Below are positions 48,445 to 58,858 of a stretch of DNA of 64,000 nt, piece by piece. The notes below the pieces were generated by a model. That model was not told where the DNA came from and made no database searches. It saw only the letters and a program-made list of their open reading frames with translations. The position numbers and the translations under genes were made by a program. The stretch lies in assembly GCA_963665095.1 (NCBI GenBank), contig OY762069.1, positions 1,248,001 to 1,312,000 of the forward strand. The letters run 5' to 3'. The stretch is from an uncultured Desulfobacter sp. (GTDB taxonomy: Bacteria; Desulfobacterota; Desulfobacteria; Desulfobacterales; Desulfobacteraceae). Numbering within the stretch: position 1 is the stretch's first letter; every line of letters starts with the position of its first letter.

Positions 48445-48966
48445 ATGGCTAACAGAGCAGATTTACCCTTTCAGTTGAACCAAAGCCAGGCAGCGGATTT
48501 TTTAGGGATAAAACGTCAAACCCTGATTGAAAAGAATTTTCCCACAGAAAAACGTGGACGGATTGTTTATTACGATTCCCGGGATTTATTAGCCTGGGCC
48601 ATTGATCGAGCAACAAAGCCATATATTAAACAACTTGCCTCAGTTAGTGAGGAAAAAACATTTGAAACTGAAAGGCTTAGACTCACAACGGCCCAGGCTG
48701 ATGCCCAGGAGTTAAAAAACGAACAGGCCCGCGCCAATGTGGTGCCGGTAGAATTTGCTATTCATGTTTTGGCGAAAGTTGCCAATGAGGCCGCAGGGAT
48801 ATTGGATAGCTTGCCATTGCATATCAAGCGGCGGCATCCGGAAGTTTCAAAAAAACTTTTAGATACAATCCGCCGGGAATTATCAAAATCAATGAATGCC
48901 CTTGCAGCCCTGAATGATACGGCCTTGCCTGGAATTATAGATGAATTTATCAGCCAAACAGATTAA
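48445..48966 (+). CDS. Terminase small subunit, lambda Nu1-like
   Basis: wHTH plus ERLRLT.AQADAQELKN. Confidence 0.88.
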   Translation: MANRADLPFQLNQSQAADFLGIKRQTLIEKNFPTEKRGRIVYYDSRDLLAWAIDRATKPYIKQLASVSEEKTFETERLRLTTAQADAQELKNEQARANVVPVEFAIHVLAKVANEAAGILDSLPLHIKRRHPEVSKKLLDTIRRELSKSMNALAALNDTALPGIIDEFISQTD

Positions 48967-50962
48967 AAATTTTATTAATTCTGTCCGTTTGGGCCTGGTT
49001 GGCTTTTTTCGCCCGTTACCGTTGACGGCCGTTGAATGGGCAGACGAAAATTTTTATTTGTCTGCAGAATCATCCTATACGGAAGGCCGTTGGGAAACTT
49101 TACCCTTTCAGGTGGCAATCCTTAATGCAATGGGTAGTGATGAAATCAGGGTTGTAAACCTGGTTAAGTCTGCCCGGGTTGGTTATAGCCAGATGTTAAA
49201 GGCCCTTTTGGGTTACAACTTGGAGCACCGGAAGCGGAATCAATTAATGTTCCAGCCCACGGATGCTGCAGCCGCCGGGTTTATGAAGTCCCACATTGAA
49301 ACCATGATAAGGGATGTTCCAGTGGTTAAGGCCCTGGCCCCCTGGGAAGGAAAAAAACACCGGGATAATACCAAGGACACCAAACGGTTTTCAAACTCTA
49401 AACAGCTTTGGTGTGTTGGTGGAACCGCCGCCAAAAATTACCGGGAAAAATCCCCGGACGTGGTTCTTTATGACGAGCTTGCCGCTTTCCCCAGCGATGT
49501 GGAAAAAGAGGGCAGCCCCACTTTTTTGGGTGATAAGAGAATTGAAGGTTCAGTGTTCCCAAAATCGGTACGCGGATCCACGCCAAAGATAAAAGGTGAA
49601 TGTGAGATTGAGCGGGCGGCTAGTGAATCGGAAGTAAATTTAAAATTCAATATCCCCTGCCCTTTATGTGGCGCGGAACAGTCTTTGAAGTGGGGCGGCA
49701 AAGAGGCGGACAACGGTTTTAAATTTGATACGGATAACCCGGACGGCGTAAAACATGAGTGTGAAGAATGTCACGGTTTGGCCGGGTATTCTGAATGGAT
49801 GCCGGAGCAAGAAAGGGGCCGGTGGATTTGCATTGACACTGGTATTTGGACGTGTGACGGGCTGGAATATTTCAGCGCGGATGATAAAAAGATTGAACCA
49901 CCTGAAAATATAACTTTCTGGATTTGGACAGCATACAGCCCCTTTACTGATTGGGCGCGGATTGTAAAAGATTTTTTGGCTGCCAAAAAAGATCCTGGTA
50001 AATTAAAAACTTTTGTCAATACCACCCTGGGGGAAACCTGGGAAGAATCAGGCGAAAAAATAGAACATGATATCCTTTATCAACGCCGGGAGCAATACCC
50101 GGCAGAGGTACCCGCCGGCGGCCTGGTTTTGACGTGTGCTGTTGATGTCCAGGACGATAGGTTAGAGGCAGAGGTTCAGGCCTGGGGGCAATACGATGAA
50201 AATTGGAGAATTGACTTTCAGGTTTTCCACGGAGACCCCGGTAAGGTGGATGTCTGGAAAGATCTTGACCTTTTCTTGCAAAAAACATTTTTGCATGAGA
50301 ACGGCCACGCCTTGAAGATAGCTTGCACTTTGGTTGATTCCGGTGGGCATTATACCCAGGAGGTTTACCGCTTTTGTAAAAGGAAAAGCGGCCGGCGGAT
50401 TTTTGCTATTAAGGGCCAGGGTGGCACAGGCGTTCCAATTATTTCACGGCCAAGCAAGTCCAATCTTGGGAAAGTAAAGTTGTTTAGGGTTGGAGTTGAT
50501 ACGGCCAAGGAATTGGTTTTAGCCCGCCTGGGCACAGATGAACCCGGCCCAGCTTATTGTCATTTCCCAATATCTTATAAATTTGATGAAGAATATTTCA
50601 AGCAGTTGACGGCGGAAGAACGGAGAACAAAGTTTGTGAAGGGATTTGCCGTTAAGGAATGGCATAAAATTAGGAAACGGAACGAAGCTTTTGACTTGGC
50701 AGTTTATAACCTGGCTGCCCGTGAATTGCTTAATCCTAATTATGCTGCCCTTGCTAAAAAAATGTCCAGGGTGATTGAGGTTGAACCGGTTGGGGAAAAA
50801 ATCATAAGTGAAAAATTGCGGGAAATTATCACCAAATTGGAAACAAAAGTGGAAAAAAAGATTCCCCTTGAAAGGTTGTCAAAACCGGCAGTGCCACAAA
50901 AACCCAAGCCACAAAAACAAGCGCCGCCAAAGCAGCGTAAACGGATGAGGATAAAATTTTAA
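48941..50962 (+). CDS. Terminase large subunit, lambda gpA family
   Basis: EGRWETLPFQ, KSARVGYS, YDE, GSTPK, NT.LGETW, DSGG. Confidence 0.95.
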   Translation: MNLSAKQIKNFINSVRLGLVGFFRPLPLTAVEWADENFYLSAESSYTEGRWETLPFQVAILNAMGSDEIRVVNLVKSARVGYSQMLKALLGYNLEHRKRNQLMFQPTDAAAAGFMKSHIETMIRDVPVVKALAPWEGKKHRDNTKDTKRFSNSKQLWCVGGTAAKNYREKSPDVVLYDELAAFPSDVEKEGSPTFLGDKRIEGSVFPKSVRGSTPKIKGECEIERAASESEVNLKFNIPCPLCGAEQSLKWGGKEADNGFKFDTDNPDGVKHECEECHGLAGYSEWMPEQERGRWICIDTGIWTCDGLEYFSADDKKIEPPENITFWIWTAYSPFTDWARIVKDFLAAKKDPGKLKTFVNTTLGETWEESGEKIEHDILYQRREQYPAEVPAGGLVLTCAVDVQDDRLEAEVQAWGQYDENWRIDFQVFHGDPGKVDVWKDLDLFLQKTFLHENGHALKIACTLVDSGGHYTQEVYRFCKRKSGRRIFAIKGQGGTGVPIISRPSKSNLGKVKLFRVGVDTAKELVLARLGTDEPGPAYCHFPISYKFDEEYFKQLTAEERRTKFVKGFAVKEWHKIRKRNEAFDLAVYNLAARELLNPNYAALAKKMSRVIEVEPVGEKIISEKLREIITKLETKVEKKIPLERLSKPAVPQKPKPQKQAPPKQRKRMRIKF

Positions 50963-50963
50963 C

Positions 50964-51209
50964 ATGGCCTTGAATGAAAGAGAGCAGGAACGGAAAGCGC
51001 ACCTTGAAACCCTTCTTGCTGCAATTCAAGACGCTGAAAAGGGTACATGGTCCGCTGCTGTGCAGGAAATGAGTATAAGTGGGCGCTCCCTTGTCCGGTT
51101 CAAACCGGAAGAATTGGCGAAGTATTACCGGGTTTATGCCAAGGAACTGGCCCAATTGGAAGCCAAGGAATCAGGAACCAGAACCAGAACCGTCAGAGTG
51201 TGGGGGTAG
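50964..51209 (+). CDS. Head-tail joining protein (gpW-like)
   Basis: Between terminase and portal; SISGRSL. Confidence 0.65.
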   Translation: MALNEREQERKAHLETLLAAIQDAEKGTWSAAVQEMSISGRSLVRFKPEELAKYYRVYAKELAQLEAKESGTRTRTVRVWG

Positions 51210-51210
51210 T

Positions 51211-52650
51211 ATGGCAAGCAGAAGAGAGCGGCGCAGCCTGGCAAAAATGCGGATGTTTGAAGGGGCAAGTAATGACCGGCTTGTCAACTCTTGGGATTCT
51301 CAACCGTGGACAATTGACCAGATTATTTACAGCCAGTTGGAAGCATTGCGGGCCAGGTCGCGGGAACAGGTGCGGAACAATACGTATTTAACCAGGCTTG
51401 GGATAGTCCTTCAGAATAATATCGTTGGGGCAAATGGTGTTCAGGTAAAGCCCATGGTTTTGGATTTTCAGGGCGGCGCTGACAAACTGGCAAGGCAGGT
51501 TATTAAAACAGGCTGGGTTGATTTCTTGGATAATACCGGCTTGGTTGATATGGAGCTTCTAATCATGCTGACCATGGTTTCCGATGGTGAAGCTTTTATC
51601 ACTATGGAATCAGATGAAAACAGAAATCTTGTGCCAACGTTTTTAGACCCAGCCCTGATAGATATTAATTACAACCGCAATGAGAACGGCAAAAATATTA
51701 TTAAGTTTGGGATTGAATACGATGCTTATTCCCGCCCGGTTAGATATTGGGTGAATGAAGATTTTTCTAAATATCATCCCATGGTTGGTAATACCGGAAC
51801 CGGAAATATAAAACGGCGTAGTATTCCCGCCGGCAAAATGATCCATATATTTCGAAAGGTTTGGGTTGGCCAGACACGTGGTATTCCTTGGGGTGTGGTT
51901 TCCCTTTACGATTTGTTCCAGGTTAATAAATTCAAAACTGCAGCTGTGACGGCGGGTCGAATTGGCGCAGCAAAAATGGGTTTTTTCTTCAATGAAGATG
52001 GAGAAGAATATTCGGGTGATGATGAAAGTGGGGACTATTCCGTAAACGCGGAAGCCGGCACATTTGAAAATATAGGGAATATGAAATTTGAACCCTTTGA
52101 CCCAACATATCCGGCGGGTGAATTTGAAGTTTTTTTAAACAAGGTTTTGCAGGGGGTGTCTGCTGGTTTGGGCATAGATGCACACACCCTTACCAATGAT
52201 CTTTCAAACGTAAATTATTCATCTGCCCGGGTGGGAATGCTTGAAACACGGGAATATTACAAAACACTTCAAAATTGGTTAATCCGGATTTTTGTTAGGC
52301 CTCTTTATCAAAAATGGCTTGCAACGGAATTGATTATGGGCCGCTTGGAATCTGGGCGGATAACCCTTTCTCGTGGGTTTGATTATTACAAACCGGCAAC
52401 TTTTCAGGGCCGCCGGTGGGATTGGGTAGACCCGGACAAAGAAATGAGCGGGAACCAAAAGGCGTATGGACTAAGGATTAAATCTATAAGTCAAATGATA
52501 CGGGAGCGTGGGCAGGATCCAGAGGAGGTTTTTCAAGAGATTTCGGAAGAAAAAAAACTCTTGGAGCGTTTGGACATATCGCCGAATCTCGTAATAAACA
52601 AACTTAATAAGGAAGGGGGCGAATCGAATGCCAAGCAAACCAAAAATTAG
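51211..52650 (+). CDS. Portal protein, lambda family
   Basis: LRARSR, GQTRGIPW, DLSNVNYSSAR, WVDP.KE. Confidence 0.92.
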   Translation: MASRRERRSLAKMRMFEGASNDRLVNSWDSQPWTIDQIIYSQLEALRARSREQVRNNTYLTRLGIVLQNNIVGANGVQVKPMVLDFQGGADKLARQVIKTGWVDFLDNTGLVDMELLIMLTMVSDGEAFITMESDENRNLVPTFLDPALIDINYNRNENGKNIIKFGIEYDAYSRPVRYWVNEDFSKYHPMVGNTGTGNIKRRSIPAGKMIHIFRKVWVGQTRGIPWGVVSLYDLFQVNKFKTAAVTAGRIGAAKMGFFFNEDGEEYSGDDESGDYSVNAEAGTFENIGNMKFEPFDPTYPAGEFEVFLNKVLQGVSAGLGIDAHTLTNDLSNVNYSSARVGMLETREYYKTLQNWLIRIFVRPLYQKWLATELIMGRLESGRITLSRGFDYYKPATFQGRRWDWVDPDKEMSGNQKAYGLRIKSISQMIRERGQDPEEVFQEISEEKKLLERLDISPNLVINKLNKEGGESNAKQTKN

Positions 52651-54466
52651 AGAATCCACTTTTGAAAGGGCCTTCATCCTTGACCGGTCCACAATTGATG
52701 AAAAAAAAAGAACCGTAGAACTTGCCTTTTCATCTGAAATAGAGGTGTTGCGGTGGTTTGGTGTGGAAATATTAGACCATTCGCCGGAATCTGTTAACCT
52801 GGCGCGCCTTCTTAACGGTGGGGCTGCCCTGATGGATCATAACAGAACGGATCAGGTAGGTGTGGTGGAATCAGCCAGGGTGGACGCGGATAGAAAAGGC
52901 CGGGCCATTGTCCGATTCGGGAAGTCAGTCAGGGCAAATGAAATTTTTCAGGATGTTGTGGACGGTATACGGCAGCATGTTTCTGTAGGGTATCGGATTA
53001 ACGAATATAAGCGGACCAAAGGGGAAGGCGGCAAGCCGGATGTTGTCAGGGCCACCAAGTGGACACCCTACGAAATCAGTTTTGTTTCCGTGCCGGCAGA
53101 CGATACCGTAGGTGTTGGCAGATCATTAGAAGAACATGAAAACCATAATATACAGGAGGGCTATGTAATGCCTGGAGAAAACAAAGAAGTAAAAACCGAA
53201 AAGACCAGAACAGAGCCAGCGCAGGTGGCCCACGTTGCAAACGAAGGCCAGCCCCAGGGCATGGATGTCGCCGCTATTCGGGCCGATGCTATTAAAGAGG
53301 ACCGTGTCAGAGTTGCCGGTATTGAACGTGCTTTTGCCCAGGTGCCTGGCATTCCTGTTGAACTCAAAAGAAGGGCTATTGAGAGCGGCATGTCAGAGCA
53401 GGAATTTAGAGCGGCCGCTTTTGACAGTATGGTGTTAAAGCCCGGTGAGGTGCCGCACCCACAGCCGGATTTTGAAAAAATGCGGCAGGAATCCAAGCAG
53501 GATTATTCCCTGATTCGCGCCATTGCCGCACAGCTTTCAGGTGATTGGACAGGGGCAGGCTTTGAAAGGGAGGTTTCCAAGGAACTTGCCAGAGAACACA
53601 CTGTGATTGGTGGTGGCCTGATGGTGCCGGCTTCCATCTTTGGAGAGCGTGCGGACATGACCACGGGCGCGGGCCTTTATGGTGATACCCACCTTGCAAG
53701 CCAGTTTATTGATACCTTGCGGGCTGAAACAATGATGGGCAGACTTGGTGCTCGCTTTATTCCTGGCCTGGTAGGATCCGTCTCCATTCCGAAAAAAACT
53801 GGCAATGCCACCTTTGGGTTTGTCGGTGAAGGTGATGACGCCACACCGTCTGACGTACCCGTGGGTAAAATTACTATGGCTGGAAAACACATTTCCGGCC
53901 TTGTGCCCCTGACCTTTGAACTTATCCGGCAGTCAAGCCCCGCCATTGAGGATATTGTGCGGGCTGATATGTTGGAAGGCATGGGCCTGGCCATTGACGG
54001 CGCGGCTTTCAACGCCAACGGCACAGGAAACAATCCCCTTGGGATACTGGCTACACCTGGAATTCATACCGTGACAGCTACGGACACCACAAACAAAATT
54101 CCCACCTGGGCGGAAGTAATTGCAATGGAGGCGGCTCTTGAAGATGTTAACGCCCTGAAAGGCAAGCTGTCATACATCACCAGAGCCACAATCAAGGCCG
54201 CCTTGAAACAGGCAAAGAAGGACGCCGGTTCAGGTGAATTTGTATGGAAGGGCCAGGAGATGAACGGATACAAGGCGCATGCCACAACCCAGGTTCCCGT
54301 AAAAACCACCCTTTTTGGTAATTTTACTGATGTGCTGATAGGCCTTTGGGGAGTGGTTGAGCTAATTCCCAAACGGAATGAAAAAACCGGCGGCCTTGAT
54401 ATTGGTGTGCATCAGATGATTGATATTGGTGTTCGCCGGGCTGAATCCTTTTGTAAAATCGTTTAG
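52628..54466 (+). CDS. Prohead protease-major capsid fusion
   Basis: LAFSSE, LMDHN, VSVGY, EISFVSVPAD protease domain followed by an HK97-type capsid region. Confidence 0.9.
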   Translation: MPSKPKIRESTFERAFILDRSTIDEKKRTVELAFSSEIEVLRWFGVEILDHSPESVNLARLLNGGAALMDHNRTDQVGVVESARVDADRKGRAIVRFGKSVRANEIFQDVVDGIRQHVSVGYRINEYKRTKGEGGKPDVVRATKWTPYEISFVSVPADDTVGVGRSLEEHENHNIQEGYVMPGENKEVKTEKTRTEPAQVAHVANEGQPQGMDVAAIRADAIKEDRVRVAGIERAFAQVPGIPVELKRRAIESGMSEQEFRAAAFDSMVLKPGEVPHPQPDFEKMRQESKQDYSLIRAIAAQLSGDWTGAGFEREVSKELAREHTVIGGGLMVPASIFGERADMTTGAGLYGDTHLASQFIDTLRAETMMGRLGARFIPGLVGSVSIPKKTGNATFGFVGEGDDATPSDVPVGKITMAGKHISGLVPLTFELIRQSSPAIEDIVRADMLEGMGLAIDGAAFNANGTGNNPLGILATPGIHTVTATDTTNKIPTWAEVIAMEAALEDVNALKGKLSYITRATIKAALKQAKKDAGSGEFVWKGQEMNGYKAHATTQVPVKTTLFGNFTDVLIGLWGVVELIPKRNEKTGGLDIGVHQMIDIGVRRAESFCKIV

Positions 54467-54474
54467 GTCTTTTC

Positions 54475-54501
54475 AGGCGGGGCTTTTCATGCCCCGCTTT
54501 T
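54475..54501 (+). terminator. Intrinsic terminator after the capsid gene
   Basis: GCGGGGC-TTTTCAT-GCCCCGC-TTTT. Confidence 0.7.
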
Positions 54502-54530
54502 AACCAAAAGGTAAACTAAAAGGTAAAGTT

Positions 54531-54710
54531 ATGAAAATTAAAATCATAAGAGACTGTGCGATCTCAGTGGAAGAAAACGCCATAAAAGGTGATCTGCTGG
54601 ATGTCGAAAAACCGCTTGGCGTATCCCTGATTCAGTGCGGCGCGGCCGCAAAAGCCGAAGAGGAACCCGATGCCGAAGAAATCAAGGGAAAAGGCAAGGG
54701 CAAAAGATAG
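54531..54710 (+). CDS. Small head-associated protein (59 aa, not in ORF track)
   Basis: MKIKIIRDCAIS...; position after capsid. Confidence 0.55.
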   Translation: MKIKIIRDCAISVEENAIKGDLLDVEKPLGVSLIQCGAAAKAEEEPDAEEIKGKGKGKR

Positions 54711-54713
54711 CGC

Positions 54714-55043
54714 ATGGTGACCCTACAGGAACAATTTGCAGACGATCTTGACCGGGCTTTTTATAACAGCGGGATTTTTGCTGAAACCATCCAATGGGAC
54801 AATGTAAGTATCTTGGCCATGGTATCGGATCCGGAAGAAATGCCGGGGGATATTGAAGCGAAAATTATTAGGAAAACCGTGGCGGTACAGAAAAAGGATA
54901 TTTCCGTACCGCCACGGGTTGATGATCAGGTCCTTTTAAAACTGGATGCATTCACGGTTGACGGTGGGGAGTATTGGACCGTCGGCAGCGTGAAAAACCT
55001 TTGGCATGAATGGGAAGTTTCTTTTTATAGGTTTACAGCGTGA
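54714..55043 (+). CDS. Head-tail joining protein
   Basis: LQEQFADDL...F.E; synteny. Confidence 0.6.
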   Translation: MVTLQEQFADDLDRAFYNSGIFAETIQWDNVSILAMVSDPEEMPGDIEAKIIRKTVAVQKKDISVPPRVDDQVLLKLDAFTVDGGEYWTVGSVKNLWHEWEVSFYRFTA

Positions 55044-55633
55044 ATATAAATTTTTCAGGCGATGTTGCGGAACAGGCGGCCCAGGTCATTTCGACAATGG
55101 GGAGTCATGGGAAAATGGCCGTTGCCAGGTCTTTAAACCGGACAACCCAGGGGGTTAAGACTGATTCTGCCCGCGTGGTCCGTGATCGTTACAGTATAAA
55201 GGCCAGGGTTGTAACTAAGACCTTTTCCGTTGATCAGCGGGCCAAGTCGAACACCCTGACAGCATCCACAAAATCAACCGGCAGCCGCGCCCCATTAATT
55301 GCTTTTGGTGCCAGGCCCGCCCGGCCCGGTGGAAGGAAACCCACTAAAGGGGTTTCCGTTAAGGTTCGGAATAGCCGGAAAACGATTGATGGTTCATTTG
55401 TTGCCAGAATGAAAAACGGCAAGCTTGGAATTTTCCGTAGGTCCGGAGAATTCGGCAGGAATCAGGACAGTCACCTGGAGCGTATCCAAGAAATAAAAAC
55501 CCTGGCCGTACCCCAGGCCATTAAATGGCAGGAAGGGGCACAAGGGAAAATTGCAAGCCTTGCAGCTGCCAGATTTGAAAAGCGCCTTGGCCACGAAGTG
55601 GGTAGGGTTTTGGAAAAAATGGGGGCCAGATAA
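55040..55633 (+). CDS. Minor tail protein Z-like
   Basis: AVARSLNRT, FVARMKNG..GIF.R. Confidence 0.75.
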   Translation: MNINFSGDVAEQAAQVISTMGSHGKMAVARSLNRTTQGVKTDSARVVRDRYSIKARVVTKTFSVDQRAKSNTLTASTKSTGSRAPLIAFGARPARPGGRKPTKGVSVKVRNSRKTIDGSFVARMKNGKLGIFRRSGEFGRNQDSHLERIQEIKTLAVPQAIKWQEGAQGKIASLAAARFEKRLGHEVGRVLEKMGAR

Positions 55634-56157
55634 TGAGCTTTGAATTAATCAAAACGATTAATGGTTTAATTGCAACCGGCACGCGGGATTTTTACTTGCG
55701 GCAGCCTGAAAAGCGGCCCGGGGAATATGTTCAGCCAAACCTTTATATTGGCGCGGTGCCGCCAAAGCGGAAAGGAAATATCCCGGGGCATGATGATAAC
55801 TCTATTTTTCCCTTTGTTGTAAACCGGTTGGTGTCAGGGATTGATGATTATGAATTGTCAACCCTTAACGTACATACGGTTTGCGGCATTTACACCGGTG
55901 AAGGCGTGGAAGCTGGAGAACATGACGTTATAAATCTTGTGATGCGCATAAAACGCCTTTTGACTGAGGTACACATATTAGAAGAGCGTTTTACCCGGAT
56001 TCCTCCCCTTGAATGGAATCTTGGAGATCCGGAAGATAAGTATTTACAGGCGTTCCCATATTTTGGTGGGGTGGTGAAAACAACCTGGACAGCCCCCACC
56101 TATGAACCAATTTTAACAGCACAGGAGGCAGCGAAAGTTTATGGCGAAATCGAGTAA
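55633..56157 (+). CDS. Tail completion protein (putative)
   Basis: Synteny upstream of sheath. Confidence 0.5.
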   Translation: MSFELIKTINGLIATGTRDFYLRQPEKRPGEYVQPNLYIGAVPPKRKGNIPGHDDNSIFPFVVNRLVSGIDDYELSTLNVHTVCGIYTGEGVEAGEHDVINLVMRIKRLLTEVHILEERFTRIPPLEWNLGDPEDKYLQAFPYFGGVVKTTWTAPTYEPILTAQEAAKVYGEIE

Positions 56158-56410
56158 AACACCCGCAAAAGAAACGCCTGACACGGTTATCTATGTGGGG
56201 CCGAATCTCAGTGGTGACATTCTTATTTCACAGTTTACGGTTTTTAAAAACGGTTTGCCGCCCTACCTTGCGGAACGCACCGGGGCCGATCCTGTTTTTA
56301 AAAGTCTTTTTGTGCCCTTGCCAGGTTTAACGGTTGCCAGGGCAGACTTGAAAAACCCAGGGTCAAGGATGGCAAGGGCATTTAATACAGTAAGGAAGGG
56401 GGCTAAATAA
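56141..56410 (+). CDS. Phage hypothetical protein upstream of sheath
   Basis: VIYVGPN motif; synteny. Confidence 0.55.
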   Translation: MAKSSKTPAKETPDTVIYVGPNLSGDILISQFTVFKNGLPPYLAERTGADPVFKSLFVPLPGLTVARADLKNPGSRMARAFNTVRKGAK

Positions 56411-57840
56411 TGACGTATAAACATGGTGTTTACGTTCTTGAACAAGCAACGAGCATCTTACCGCCGGTTCGGGTGGAATCCGGCTTGCCGGTGGTTTTTG
56501 GAACCGCCCCAGTTCATCTTGTGGATAACGGGCCGGTAAATGAACCTATCCTTTGTTATTCATATTCTGAGGCGGTTATGGGTTTGGGTTATTCTTCCGA
56601 TTTTGCAAAATACACCCTTTGTGAATTCATGTCGGCAGCCTTCGCCCTGTTTGGGGTGGCCCCGGTCGTTTTTGTCAATGTATTTGACCCTGACACCCAT
56701 AAAACAGCCATCGACGAAGAAACAGTAACCCTTGTGAGCGGGAAGGCAAAACTTGCCAATGGTGATATTGTGGACATTCCGGTGGTGAAAAATTCTGTAG
56801 GGGATAAAACGTTTGTCCTTGATACTGATTTCACTTTGGACCGGGCAACCGGCGATATTGAGCGAATTGAAACCGGATCTATGGCGGCAGCTGAAGAATT
56901 GAAAGTTGCTTATGATAAGGCGAATCCTGGGGCCGTGACCGGCACTGATATCATTGGCGGTGTTGACGGTTCTACGGGGGCCTATACTGGTCTTGAACAT
57001 TTGAATTCAATTTTCCCCAAATTCCGCCTTGTGCCAGGCCAGGTAGTTGCCCCGGGTTGGTCTCATGATTCAGGTGTTGCTGCTGTTATGCACGCCAAGG
57101 CCGGTAACATTAACGGACATTTCAAGGCCGTGGCCGTGGTGGATATTGATTCTGATACCGTTACCAAATATACAGACGTGGCGGCCACGAAAAACACCAA
57201 CAACTTAACCGATGAACAGTTGATTGTCTGTTGGCCAAAAGTTTCCCTTGGCGATGTTGAATACTGGCTATCCTCACAGGTAGCGGCCCTGAATTGCCTT
57301 GTTGATTCCGATAACGGCGACATTCCGTATACCTCCCCATCAAATAAGAATTTGCAAATGGATAAGGCAATAGCCAATGGTGTGGCTATTGAACTTGGTC
57401 CAGACCAGGCCGGATATTTGAACGGTCAGGGCATTGTCACAGCCTTAAATTTTATCGGTGGCTGGAAATGTTGGGGGAACAGAACGGGGTGTTACCCTGG
57501 TGTAACCGATGTGAAAGACGCTTTTATCCCCATCCGGAGAATGTTTAATTGGACCGCCAATACTATTATTTTGACATATTGGCAAAAGGTTGACTTCCCA
57601 GTGAACCGGCGTTTGATAGAAACTATCATGGATTCGGTTAATATCTGGTTAAACGGATTGGCGGGGCGTCAATTTATACTTGGCGGCAGGGTAGAGTTAC
57701 TGGAAGATGAAAACCCTACCACAGACCTGATGGATGGCGTTATTAAATTCCACGTATATCTAACACCCCCCAGCCCTGCCCGGGAACTTGATTTTATACT
57801 GGAATATGACCCGGCATATCTTCAAACCCTTTTCGGCTAA
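56410..57840 (+). CDS. Contractile tail sheath
   Basis: YKHGV, GTAP, SPSNK, LN.QGIVT, WGNRT. Confidence 0.93.
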   Translation: MTYKHGVYVLEQATSILPPVRVESGLPVVFGTAPVHLVDNGPVNEPILCYSYSEAVMGLGYSSDFAKYTLCEFMSAAFALFGVAPVVFVNVFDPDTHKTAIDEETVTLVSGKAKLANGDIVDIPVVKNSVGDKTFVLDTDFTLDRATGDIERIETGSMAAAEELKVAYDKANPGAVTGTDIIGGVDGSTGAYTGLEHLNSIFPKFRLVPGQVVAPGWSHDSGVAAVMHAKAGNINGHFKAVAVVDIDSDTVTKYTDVAATKNTNNLTDEQLIVCWPKVSLGDVEYWLSSQVAALNCLVDSDNGDIPYTSPSNKNLQMDKAIANGVAIELGPDQAGYLNGQGIVTALNFIGGWKCWGNRTGCYPGVTDVKDAFIPIRRMFNWTANTIILTYWQKVDFPVNRRLIETIMDSVNIWLNGLAGRQFILGGRVELLEDENPTTDLMDGVIKFHVYLTPPSPARELDFILEYDPAYLQTLFG

Positions 57841-57905
57841 AGATTAATCTTGTGCGGGTGAGATCCCCGCACATTTTAAATTAATAAACAGGGAGCAATA
57901 AAATA

Positions 57906-58427
57906 ATGTCCAACAAGATTGCTGAAAAATTAATTAATTTCCGGGTTTATAATGAAGGCAATGACCTCTTGGGGGTTGCTGACGTTGAGCTACCCACTAT
58001 TGAATCCATGACGGAAACCATAAAGGGTGCCGGTATTGCCGGAGAAGTGGATAGCCCCACCCTTGGCCATTATCAATCTATGGGTATTACCCTTAATTGG
58101 AGGACGGCCAGCAAGGCTGCCGCAGAGTTAACCAAACCACAGGCACACCAGCTTGAATTAAGGGGTGCGGTCCAAGTATACGATGCTGCCGCCGGGAAGT
58201 ATGAAGTAACCCCACAAAAAATTGTTGTAAAGGCTGTCCCCAAAACATTGGCCCTTGGAAAGCTTGATGTGGGTGTGAAGCAAGGATCTTCAAACGCCTT
58301 TGAAATCACATATATCAAGATTTTCATTGACGGAACGGAAGTTTTTGAGCTGGATAAATTTAACTACATTTGCAGGGTGAAGGGTGAGGACTACTTAACC
58401 GACACCAGGAGGGCACTGGGTTTATAA
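57906..58427 (+). CDS. Major tail tube (P2 FII-like)
   Basis: LINFRVY, GAGIAGEVD, G.DYL...R.ALGL. Confidence 0.9.
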   Translation: MSNKIAEKLINFRVYNEGNDLLGVADVELPTIESMTETIKGAGIAGEVDSPTLGHYQSMGITLNWRTASKAAAELTKPQAHQLELRGAVQVYDAAAGKYEVTPQKIVVKAVPKTLALGKLDVGVKQGSSNAFEITYIKIFIDGTEVFELDKFNYICRVKGEDYLTDTRRALGL

Positions 58428-58428
58428 T

Positions 58429-58829
58429 ATGGAAAAATTTACGTTAAAATACCCCTTTGACTTTGAGGGAGAAAAGGTTGAAACCCTGGAACTTAAAGCG
58501 CGGCTGAAAGGGAATGACCTCTTAGCCGCTGAAGGTGAAATGAAAATTCATGGTATCGTTGATCCAACCGAAGCAGAACGAAACCTTTTCATGGCAGCCA
58601 GGGCGGTTTCCCAGCCGGTGGAAGTTGTTAAGGCAATGGACTTGGCTGATTATGTGAGCCTGGCCAATAAACTTCCAAGTTTTTTATAGACGGGGGCGCG
58701 TTAAGGCAAGTTGTTTTAACCCTTGCCCGCGCAAGCCATACCAGTGTTGCGTTTTGGTTAAATGAATCCCTTGACGATTTGGCGGGTTGGATGGATGCAG
58801 CCGTTGAAGCGTTCGGGGATTCGCCATAA
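58429..58829 (+). CDS. Tail assembly chaperone (58429-58689) with -1 frameshift extension to 58829
   Basis: T TTT TTA slippery site at 58680-58686 just before TAG; -1 frame open to TAA at 58829. Confidence 0.8.
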
Positions 58830-58858
58830 ATGCCCCCGAAGATCAGGAGCGTGAAAAC

